Source: Pelomyxa schiedti
Taxonomy: Eukaryota > Protista > Evosea
DNA: 37,287 nt
Assembly (NCBI GenBank): GCA_020536535.1
Contig: JAHLWZ010000020.1
Location: 1-37,287, forward strand
Direction: 5' to 3'
The position numbers and the translations under genes are program-made. Shown in pieces: positions 1 through 10,222 of the stretch. The first letter of the stretch is position 1. Every line of letters begins with the position of its first letter. The notes beneath the pieces are model-generated. The model did no database searches. It had not been told where the DNA came from and was given only the letters and a program-made list of their open reading frames with translations.

Positions 1-219
1 CTGCCCTGCCGCTGCGCAGCGCACACCGACGACGGCGGAACCAGCAGCGAAGCCACCAGCGATGACAGCGGCCAGAAAGACTCCCCGACACTCACAATGA
101 ACGCGGTCATTTCGTCGCTGGCTGTCATTCTCCTGCCGGTTTCTCCCACACCAATCGCCGGCATCGCAACCCCCCCACCGCCTCCAACTCCTCCTCCTCC
201 AACACCAGCACCAGCACCA
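1..219 (-). pseudogene. Inverted, truncated copy of the 5' part of the ankyrin gene at 19008..20827
   Basis: 1..219 is the reverse complement of about 19403..19621 with a few SNPs. It joins at CACCA (215-219) to sequence matching 20812 onward in direct orientation. Confidence 0.8.
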
Positions 220-758
220 ACAACACCTAGAGTACATAATACGAAAATGTTCACAACAAAAAGCCAAAAAAAAGTTTGTTTTGTATAAACGCTGTTATTA
301 CTTTGTGTTCTGAATGTTAAATCAGAAGATAGCGGGTGTTGATTATCTATAAGAACTGGAGGAACTGTGGCTGGTGTGTTTGGAATTGTGATGTTCATGG
401 TGATGGTGTTTGCGGTGGTTTTTTTTGCTGTGTTGGGACTCCGGTTTTGCGTGGGTTACTGTGGCGCCGCGGTTTATATTATCCGGTTGTGTATCAGAAA
501 GGGACGAGCCTTGTAAATCACGAACCGTAATGGTAAATTCCGACGCGGAAGTGTAGTCTACAACTTGTTGCAACATTTCCGTTACAGTTTGGTTCTGTTG
601 TGTGAGTTCATCCAAAAGCAGCTCGAATTTTCCTGGTGACTGTAAGCGGTTTTATGAATAGCTGGATCGGAACCTTTTTTCTCCATCTCTGCTTTTTCTT
701 TGGCCTTCTTGGCAACTTCCCTTTGTTCGTGCCACACCTGAAGTATTTCTTGTTATTT
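215..758. repeat. Segmental duplicate of 20812..~21359 (ankyrin gene end, intergenic DNA and K+ channel last exon)
   Basis: Near-identical sequence with substitutions and small indels. A 1-bp loss (TCCTGGTGAC vs TCCTGGTGGAC, ~637) frameshifts the channel C-terminal exon copy. The copy ends at the N gap 759-858. Confidence 0.9.
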
Positions 759-995
759 NNNNNNNNNNNNNNNNNNNNNNNNNNNNNNNNNNNNNNNNNN
801 NNNNNNNNNNNNNNNNNNNNNNNNNNNNNNNNNNNNNNNNNNNNNNNNNNNNNNNNNNAAAAAAGCAGGCACTCCTGAACCAAACCACCTCAAAAAAACA
901 TCACCCACCCCAGTTGAAACCAAACAAAATCTTAGATACATTCAAATGAACCCAGCACTCTTTTCTTTCCATAAACCCCGTTCCCATAAACCCCT

Positions 996-2236
996 ATGTA
1001 CTCGGCAAACGGAACCATAAGTCCGTCGTCACAGGTTGTTGCCGTCGGATGTGCCGGCCACGTTCCACGCTGTTCTCGCGCGTCGATGGTCGAGTGGGCC
1101 AGGTCGCGTCACCTGTTCGAGTCGTGGGCTCGCGACTGGGTGCTCAGGCCCGAGAGGTCCGCCGTCTTCGGGCTTCCCATAACCCACTCCAGCGGCACCA
1201 ACCTGGACGCGAGGACCACCTCCACGCTCCGACACTGGGAGTCGTCTGCCACTCTTTGATGGAGTTTGGCCAGCACAACAACGACGATGACGACGACGAG
1301 ACTGTGTGCGGGTGTGTTGGCGATTATGGGAGTGTTCTTGTGGTTTCAAGCAGCAACAGCTGGCATTCTGAGAATTCTCCATGGAGTGTGTCCATAAGGA
1401 GGGGTTATTGTGCTGATGCTGGTTCTTCTTCTTCACAAGTAGAATCACAGGTAATAATATCAGGTACCAGTGTGACAGAGGGTGTTGGACGTTTCATCGG
1501 GGTGGTGAGGAACCCATTCAAGTGCAATAGGAAGTGGATTGTGGGGATTGCTGGTGGAGTGATTCTTCTCTGCCGGGTTCCAAGAGTTGGGAGTTGTAAT
1601 GACGCTCAACAGCAGGAAGTAGTTGAGATGAAATGCCCCCGCCATGGTGGGCCCACTGTGTTCCTTCAGTTCTCACCACTGTGTGATTACGTGGTATTGC
1701 TGCGTGAAATTGGTGACAAAATGGAAACTGCACTGTTTGTTGACTTGGAGTCAAGCTTCAGAAGCAAAGAGCTTGCAATAACATCGAGGGTAGTGTGCAG
1801 TGTTGGTGGGAGAGTGATAACAGAGGGGTTCATGTGGTCACCTGATGGCACTGTGTGCACATTGCAGTGGCACATAGGGAGGGAAATCAGTTCTCTTGTT
1901 GAGTTTGGCACCTCTCTTGAAATGTGGCAGTTTCCAGGGAAGACTAGGGTCGTGGCCATGTCCAAAAGCCATGTGTTTTGTTGCTCGTCAGTTGGCTCAG
2001 AAATGGAAAACTTCCTAGTCTATCACACAGAAAAGCTTGCAACTCCATCTCTTTGTGTTGCATGCACCTGGTCATTTCCTGACAGGCAATCAGGACTGAT
2101 TCTCTCAACATCTCACATAGATTCCTCCACAGTCACTCAAGTGCAGTTCTCACTCCATGATGCTCTGACTGGATTTTATGTTGGTGACTTCACAGTGCCC
2201 GTTTCTCACCCATTTTACTTTCATGTCTTTTACTAA
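996..2236 (+). CDS. Family B member (N-terminal 'QxVAxxC...RC...WVL...PTLGVV' motif plus beta-rich C-terminus), with a frame break near 1165-1230
   Basis: The N-terminal motif is in ORF 996..1259. 'APTLGVV', 'CNRKWIV' and 'LHDALTG' are in ORF 1049..2236. The same motifs occur in 23187..24527 and 24649..25960. Joining needs a frameshift or a 29-nt GT-AG intron (1164..1192). Confidence 0.6.
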
Positions 2237-2583
2237 ATGCAAAGTATACAGTGAAAATAATGTGTCATAATGACACATTATACAGGAACACAAACTGTGG
2301 GTTCAGGCGGTTCTTGGAAAACGAGTCAAAAATTCCTTTTTTTTTGTTTTCCACGCGATGGTGATGGTGCCGGTGCTGTGATGGAACGATTCTTCGGCTT
2401 TGGTTGTAATGAGTATGGTAGTCTTTGTTGGTGTGATTGGTGTACCTGAAACTCTTTTGTTTTAATCCTTTTTAGATTTTGCCTGTTTCCTTTTACCGAA
2501 ATTGCAGTAGCATAACAGTGATGCGCAACAAACAGAAAACTCACTAAACCAACAAACATACCCGAAAACAACATACAGACAAG

Positions 2584-3206
2584 ATGGTGCGTATTTCCCC
2601 CGGATTCGTGAGCAACAGCTCGGGCACGTCATACGTGGTTATGATACCACGCGGTTTTACTGTCACCGATGAAGAGATAAGAGAAGCCAACAACCACGTG
2701 GAGGGTTATTATACGCGTGACCGACTATTGCCTAAAATCACTAAGCCAATATTGGAAGAAGTATGAAGGCGCTTTGCATTTCCCTTACTAACTTGTAAAT
2801 TACAAATTACTCACTTCCTCAGCTTTGCACTAACCGGTATCGATAAGGTAAAACGCGAGATACGCGAACTGGTGAATGGTGGTTCTTGTTCTGCGGAGGA
2901 TGCTGAGTTCCTGGAGGATGAAGAAAATGAGATAGAAGCATCAACCATCATTAAGCTCACGTCTATGCTTATTCCCGACCAGTACAAATTAGTAGAATTC
3001 GAAACTGGGCAGGTTAGTTCCCCTGGTAACTGTTTTCAGCCTTCTAAAATGAACAGGATTCCAGAAGCTGCCTCATTTCAGTTGATCGTGAGCAAATACT
3101 AGAAATACAGGAAGAAGAAAGGCGGCAACCACGTATCACTGACTACTTTAGACCAGAACCACAACCAACCCAAATACCAATGACAACCACTACAGGACAA
3201 CCCTAA
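2584..3206 (+). CDS. 163-aa hypothetical protein with N-terminal GFVSNSS motif and C-terminal PIP box (exons 2584-2760, 2848-3012, 3057-3206)
   Basis: Two phase-0 GT-AG introns (87 nt with a CTAAC branch site; 44 nt) give an uninterrupted ORF: MVRISPGFVSNSSGTSYVV...EE/VKREIRE...TGQ/DSRSCL...RRQPRITDYFRPEP...GQP*. Confidence 0.75.
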
Positions 3207-3286
3207 ACCATCTTTCTTTTCCATATCTTTCTATCTTCAACAGATAGATAAGAAAATGGATCTCTTTTGTAGTGGCTTTGTGATTT

Positions 3287-4525
3287 TTACTTTGTTTGTT
3301 TGTTTGGGAAGAGATGTGAGAGTGACGTAATGACTTGGCTGCACACAGAGCCAATAGGCTGGCTAGCATCTACGTTGATGGGTGTGTTGTTCTCACCAAC
3401 CAGAGCAGATAGAATGGGTGATAGAGAGGACCGGTAGAGTGCAAGGCGGGAGCGCACAACCGGCTCAGTGTCATCAGGCCGCTGGATCACTCGGCTCATG
3501 ACTTCTGGTGGAGGAGGATTGTAAATGAGGTGGTATATCTGTCGATGATATACGTAAGTGTACATATGTGTAGAAACGCAAAAAGAAAGAGATACCTGGT
3601 TTGTGACGGGATCAATTCTTCTTTGAGATATTCGCTCTACAACGGCGTCATCAGTTATATCGAGAATAACTATTGCATCTGGTTGTCGGCCAATTTGTTG
3701 CACAAGTGATGTGGCTTGCCCTGGATTCCGTGGAAATCCATCTAGTAGCCATCCCTACAAAAAGACATTGCATTAGTAGTAGTAGTAGTATATCCAATTT
3801 TCTGCACACCCACATTTTCGACAGTGCGTAACCGCTCTGTTACTACTTGTGTAACTATACTATCAGGAACCAGTAATCCAGCAGCCAAATACTCCTGAAC
3901 CTGAATTCCAATCGACGAGTTGTTCCATATCTATCATGCCAAATCAGTTCCCAACCGCTCCCCCAATACCACGCACAAATATATTATTAGTCCAGCACTA
4001 CATTACCGCTGCACATTATATCCATTACGCGTTATGTTTATACTTTAACAATAAATTTAGATATGTTTTAGGCCCAACGCAATGTATTTCCAGGATAGCG
4101 CACACGGGCACGGGCACACGCACACACACACACGGGCACACACGCACATGCTCCCTGAGTAGGTCGCCGCTGGACACGTGGGTCATCGCGTACCTCTCCC
4201 CCACGCTCCCACACACCGTCCCCTTGCCCGCCCCCGGCGGCCCAAGCATCACAACAACAACCCCTTGTCCTTCCCCTTGCCCTTGTTGTTCGTGCTGCAC
4301 TTCTTGCACGTGTACAGCCAGTTGTTGTTTCTGTTCTTGTGTCGTTGTTGGTGGTTGCTGCTGTTGTTGTTGCTCTTCTGTCCCCTCCCACTCGCAGGTG
4401 CCTGCCGTACCTGAAGCGAATGTGCCGCCGGTGAGAGTGGTGTCGGTGGGGGACGCTACTTGCACAAGCACCACAGCAGAGGCCATCATCGAGAGGCACA
4501 CCAACAACGCACAAGGTCGCTTCAT
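3287..4525 (-). CDS. adk: Adenylate kinase, multi-exon, with N-terminal hydrophobic leader and Gln-rich linker
   Basis: P-loop GPPGAGKGT, HVSSGDLLRE, GLLVPD, GWLLDGFPR, LID region RRIDP...IYH and QRPDDTE, spread across GT-AG-separated exons. Start ATG at 4525 is inferred. Confidence 0.92.
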
Positions 4526-4689
4526 GAACGATGAGAACTCTTGAATAAAATAATCAACCCGAAGAAGGTCGGAAAAAGACTTCTTCTGCGATGAAGAAGA
4601 AGTTGAATCAAAATCAAAGAGACGAGATCCCTGAGTTCCACCCATCACCTCATGACACCTGCAAACACGAAACAGCAGACTCCCAGCGG

Positions 4690-5001
4690 ATGTTGGTGCT
4701 GCACAGCATGTGCCACTGCGGCTCGCGGCACTGCCTCTCCATCGAGGCGGCGGCCGGGGCGCGAGCCCGAGGCGTCGCGTGGCTCATCAGAAACAAGTCG
4801 AGGGGGATGGGGTGGCTCCGAGGAGGAGGCTGCTGCTGGTGGGAGGCTGAGGTGGGCGCGGCCGCAACGGGTGATGAGACAGACACGGAGACGGAGAGGT
4901 ACCTTCAGCAGAGGAGGAGGAAGGCCAAGGAGCAGGTGGCGGTGCTGAGGGGGCTGTGCGTGGGTGGACACTTGGAGATGGCTCAGAGGTTCGTGGGCTA
5001 A
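4690..5001 (+). pseudogene. Internal fragment of a family A (ankyrin-like) gene
   Basis: VLHSMCHCGSRHCLSIEAAAGA...WLIRNKS...RRRKAKEQVAVLRGLCVGGHLEMAQRFV closely matches 32348..34564. It lacks the family N-terminus and stops at TAA TAA. Confidence 0.8.
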
Positions 5002-5350
5002 TAACAGTCGCTTATTCAGTGGACCCACAGCACAGCATCACGTGTCATTGAATTCCCAGAAGTTGTCAGACTTCTGTGGGTAGCCTCCGGGGCCGACACC
5101 GTGATTCCCTTTTTCGGGAAGCCATCACTTTCACACCTTCATCACTAAAATTATTTGTTTGAAACAGTGGCCGCCGATAATTGGCACCGAAAATTCGATT
5201 TGGTGCGCATTTCCCGGTGGGTAACTTTTCTAAAATGAAACAAAGAGGCTGTTTTGTTTGCCGGTTGAACCATAGCATCCTCACTCTCGGCATCACATCA
5301 CATGAATGGGGGCCGTCATTTTTACTGGCACGAAGAATGATGGGGAGAGA

Positions 5351-7879
5351 TCAGAGTTTGTTTGTGGAGGGAGATTGATGAGTGAGTGCTGAGATGGCAT
5401 CTGCAGCTGAGAGCCTGGCAGCCTTGTCGGGGTTCATCATCCTAATCATCACGGACTCCACCAACGGAACAACTGTGTTGTCCACACCACCGTTGTAGTT
5501 CTGATTGACCTCCTCTCCTGATGCCACAGTTGTTGTTTGGGTTGGCAGTGGTTGTGGCGGTGTGGTTGATGCTGCTGATGAAAACAGCACTTGTGGTTGC
5601 GAGGGTTTCACAGATGAGAACGAATGAAGAGGGAACTGGCTGAGGAGTTTCTGGGTGTTGAACGTGCTCATGTCACCATTCATTGTGCTCCCAATGAACC
5701 TGTTGGATTGTGGCAGGAGAGCATCCCAGAAAGTGAGGGCGAGTGCAAAGGAGTCACACTTTGAGTACGAGAACACACCACTGGTTCCCCTCGTGATCCT
5801 CTTGAGGAACATGCTCAGCTCTGGCGGCATCGTGCCTGTGTTGCCCCATGGTTGTGATGTGGCTGACACCATCATGTCCATGTTTGGGCAGTGCTGTGCC
5901 TCGCCAAAGTCGATCAGTGTCAGTTTTCCAGTCTCTGGATCAACGAGAATGTTGTCTCCCTTGATGTCCCTGTGTTGGTATTACAACAAAATCAAAAGAA
6001 GAAGGATGGGTGTTGCGTGGGGACAAACCTGTGAACAACAAAATGTGATTCAATGTGGGAGATTGCCTTGAGTCCCTGAACAAACAAATTCTTAACTTCG
6101 ATGGTGCTGGAGGTGGAAGAGAGGAGGAATGATGACAGTGTGATCCCACAGTGGGGCATGAGAATGGCCAACGATTTGTTGTTGCAGAGTTCCTCCCTGA
6201 AATACTTTTTGTCACTTGGTATTTTTTCCACAAACTCGGCTGGCAGGCTGTGGGTGGTTCATCATTGCAATTGAAACCAAAAAAAAAAAAGAAATACCAA
6301 GGGATGACCAAAGCACCAAGAGGGTGGATCACGTTTGGGTGATTTGGAACCAGTGAGAGGACAACACACTCAGCCATGTATTTCCTCCGCAACAGTGTCT
6401 GTTGTGGGGTGTTCTCCCAGTTGAAAATGATCTTCATAACCATGCCTGTTGTTGGAGACACTGAACCAGAAGCCCCTGAAGTCGATGTTGGTGTGGTTGT
6501 GGAAATGCTTAGGCTGCTGGGGTTGTTGGATGTCGTGGTTTGGAATTGCACTTTGAACACAGCAGCATTTGACCCTGTGCCAAGCAGTTTCTCCACCACA
6601 AAATCACCAACAGTTGCTGAAATCAGTGATGTCATTGTGTTCAAAATGGTCTGAATATGGAGTGAGTGTGAAAAGCAAGTGAGAGAGAAACTATGTATCT
6701 CGTGGACTTCACAACTTCTTCCTGGAGCTCTTTCCTCAGATGTTCATTCTCTTTTTCCAGCTTAGCCACTTCTTTCTTGAGAGAGTCAAATTTCTGTGTG
6801 TTAACTTGTGAGCCTAATCGAATGCACTCACTCACCTCTGCAGAATGTGCCATTTCTTGAAGTAGGAGTTCTTCTAAGGCTTCAACTCGTTTTTTCAACG
6901 TTTCAACAGTGTTATCTTCTTGTTGTGGCACTACAGAATTGTTCCACCCATTACTAAGTGCAGAGCTCTCAGACAGGAGCTTTGCTGCGCCCCTGTGGCC
7001 AAGCTTGGCAGCCATTACCAGCCAGTGTTGTGACTGCTCCACGTTGCAATCAATGCCGTCACCATCCCTGAGACACACACCAAGGTGAAACATTGAAACA
7101 GGATCACCACCCTCAGCACCCATCTGGAAATATCCAACAGCAGCTCTCTTGTCTGTTGGTGCTCCACAGTCTCCCCTTTGACAATACTCTCCAAGTTCCC
7201 CAAGTGCCTCTGCACCCCATGGTGCATTGCTCTTTGCGTTGTTGAACAACTCACGAGCCTTTTCGGTGTCCAGGACAACACCAACGCCCCTTTCATGGCA
7301 ATACCCAAGGAACACCGTCGCATTGGAACCACGAAAAGAACGGAGTAGTCTCACAGCCATTGCTGCGTCTCGTGTCACACCACACCCCCACAAGTAACAC
7401 CACCCAACGAATGCCTGTGCATGCTCGACTGTAGGCTCTGTGAGGAGCCTCACAGCCGTGGCCCAGTTCCTCGGCACACCCTCGCCACGCAAATAACACA
7501 CACCAAGCCGCCATGAGTGCCGGGGAGATTTGGCGATTGCGGCGCTGTAGAGCGATACGGCCCTCTGTTGGTCACACTCCACACCCACGCCGCGCTGGTA
7601 GCACCGCCCAAGCATACACATTGCCGGCGTATGGCCCAAGTCAGCAGCCACGGCCCACGCCGGCACCGCCTTGTCCACGTCACCACCAATGTGGTAGTCA
7701 CTCCCAACCGACGACACGCCTACACCATCGCGTGCGGCGCGGTACCAGTGCAGAGCCTCGGCCAAGTTCTTGGTCACTCCTTCACCACGGCGGTAGCACT
7801 GCGCCAGTCCACGCATCGCTTCGGTGTTGCCTGTGTTGGCCTGTTCAAAGAGGGAACCGATGCCCGTCGCCATCGCCAT
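5351..7879 (-). CDS. SEL1-repeat + coiled-coil + Ser/Thr kinase (PINK1-like catalytic domain), copy 1, apparently intact
   Basis: About six SEL1 repeats (e.g. AMCMLGRCYQRGVGVECDQQRAVSLY). Kinase motifs LGTGSNAAV, MVMK, HPNV, HRDIKGDNIL, DFG, MPPE and YSKCD are joined by short introns (~6645-6685, ~6248-6297 and one within 5972-6028). Confidence 0.88.
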
Positions 7880-7930
7880 CGAATTCGATTGAAGACTATT
7901 ATAGGGGATGTTCTCCCAGCACAACAGTGT

Positions 7931-9346
7931 GCATATCTGGGTCAAAGGGCGGCTGTTTTTTTCCCTATCACTTTCCTGTAAAAACAGCCGCCCAGCCGCC
8001 CCCTCAAAACAGCCGCCAGGCGGCTGTTTTAATAAGGAAAAAAAAATAAAACAGCCGCCCGGGCGGCTGTTTTACCAAAGGGAAAAAGCCATTGTTTTTT
8101 TCACTGTTTTTAACAGGTTTGAGTCTGCAACATGTAGACAAGGTGGGCAGTTGGTATTTCCAATTTTTTTTGTGAAGAACATATGTGGACCCTTGTGGAT
8201 TATTGTGAACAAACAGCTGCCACCTCACACCAAACAAGTGCAAGGTAAATTTTTGTATTGTTACAGTGCATTATCCTTGTGCAACCTTCCCTTTCTCTTT
8301 GGTTACTTATCTCCAATTAGTTGTTTGTGTTTTTGGGTTGTTGGTGCCAAGCAGGAAAGGGGGGTGAGTGAGGAGAAGAAAGGTTGGGGTACTTCCTGCT
8401 CAACCCTACTGTTGGGAGGAGTGGGAGGGGGGTGTGGACTTGGGTTTTGTTGGTTTGTTGCTGGTGTTGGTCTGAGCATCTTGTGGATGGAGTTTGCATG
8501 CTGGTTAAGTGTGAGTTCTGTTGTTGTGTGTTGTGTGTGTTGTGTGTGTTGTGTGTGTTGTGTGTGTTGTGTGTGTTGTGTGTGTTGTGTCAGTGTTGTG
8601 TCAGTGTTGTGTCAGTGTTGTGTCAGTGTTGTGTCAGTGTTGTGTCAGTGTTGTGTCAGTGTTGGCAAGTTATTCTGAGGGTGTTGATGTGGGTTTGTGT
8701 TGGCCTCAGTGCAGGCAAGGCGTTGGTGGTGTCGGTGGCGTATGTGTAGGCGTCGTCGGCGTCGGTGTCAGCGTCGTAGGCGCAGGTGTATTACACGGAG
8801 TACAGTCAGCCCTGGTGGCGAGGGGCCGACGTAGTCGTAGGCCTCAGCTGATGGCGTGGGCGCCGGCACTGTTGGGTAAACCTTCACCCCCTTCACTCGG
8901 TCCGTTGCTGCTGTTGTTCCCAACACCGCCGCTCGACGCCTACACATACGCGGGCGCCGACACCAACAGCCCTTTTCTGATCGTTTCTAGAAACACGGAG
9001 ACTGGACAAATCTGTTGCTGTAGACTGAGGCAGAGTACTGTTGTTGTTGCTGCCCCTTTTTACTTCCCCCTATTGTTGTACTACACTGTTGTTTGTAACC
9101 GTGACTTTCCAGCCAGAACAAACACCCTTCGATTAATCACGCTCCTGTGCTGTTTTGACAGTCTAGCCCACAAGGGGACACATTTTCCTGTCGTGCCCAC
9201 CCCTTCCTGAAGTACTTCAGACAGCCGCCCCGAGGGGCGGCTGTTTTGCACATGGTTTTGATAGGACAGCCGCCCAAAAAAAAGGGCGGCTGTTTTTACA
9301 GGAATTTGACAGGCCAAAAAACAGCCGCCCTTTGATCCAGATATGC
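7931..9346. mobile_element. Non-autonomous TIR DNA transposon-like element (1416 bp)
   Basis: 63-bp terminal inverted repeats (7931-7993 and 9284-9346, 57/63 identical). Multiple subterminal AAAACAGCCGCC/GGCGGCTGTTTT motifs at both ends. No transposase ORF and no clear target-site duplication. Confidence 0.8.
8531..8661. repeat. Compound minisatellite (TTGTGTGTG)x6 followed by (TTGTGTCAGTG)x7
   Basis: Read directly: 9-mer at 8531-8584, 11-mer at 8585-8661. Confidence 0.95.
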
Positions 9347-9847
9347 CGTGGCCACACAGTGGCTCAGGAGGAAAGCATTGTATCCATGACTCCTGGATGG
9401 GCTCTGTGCATGTGGCAAAACGCGTAGGAATTTGATAAACTTAGGGGATAGAATGGACAATCGAGGAGAAACGACGAAAAATGGTCTAAACCTCGTTTTA
9501 TCCATCCCACTCTAACGGTTAGAAACAAGCAAGATGAATAATGTTTTTCTACTCGACTTTGGCCACAATTAAACAATTTTGGTTCGGCTTAAGAGCACGC
9601 GACTTTTCTCGTGCGGCCAAGTTGTGGATTCCATTCCCGCGCATTAGCTTCGCGGCCATCATGTTGATCATCTAAAGTTCTATTTCTATCCATACCGCTA
9701 ACACTCGGTCTAAGCTAAAAATCGAGGCAGTGTGGGTGTGACACCTCCACAAGGAAGTGCGGCAGGAGGGTTTGGAAAGATGACTTGTGTTTACAACAAC
9801 GAGGTGGTTGGCGTGGTTGCCAGGTTGTTGGCGTGGCATGTGATTTT

Positions 9848-9988
9848 TTTTGTGGTACATGCCACTCGGAGTACTTCTGGCAATGGGAACTAAAGTCCAG
9901 TAACTATTTTATTTGTCAAGTGGAGCAAATAGTTACTAGACTTCGTCGGGGAACTCCAACTTGTTGTGGAGTGGCATGTACCGCAAAA
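9848..9988. repeat. Nested inverted repeat / long imperfect hairpin (MITE-like or structured RNA)
   Basis: Outer arms 9848-9867 and 9969-9988 (19/20). Inner arms 9893-9909 and 9927-9943 (16/17). A GGAGT/ACTCC pair lies between them. Confidence 0.75.
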
Positions 9989-10222
9989 CGAGCCCCCCAA
10001 ACCATCATTCCTTCTCTGAAGCGAAGTGGTTGTCAGGCTGTTCACTCCCTGTCACTTGAACACGTGGGAACGGAAAGAACATAACGCCACTGTTATGGAG
10101 TTAGAAGAATAACACGTTATGGACAATTCAATTTCAAGGAAGCACCATGTGTACTTCCACAAAGTACACGAACTCGGCCTTGCCCGCAAGGCTCTGAAGT
10201 CTGGCGCACTTTAGCGGGATGA

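Noticed and set aside
3936-4544. Cys-rich metallothionein-like ORF on the + strand
   Set aside because: Antisense shadow of the CAA/CAG poly-Gln linker of adenylate kinase.
7940-8075. Repeated palindromic CAGCCGCC motifs as a CRISPR or REP array
   Set aside because: Irregular spacing and orientation, eukaryotic context, no cas genes. Explained as subterminal transposon motifs.
7908-9210. Cys/Val-rich ORFs (256 aa, 229 aa, 121 aa)
   Set aside because: Open only because the TG minisatellite has no stop codons. No transposase or other domain motifs.
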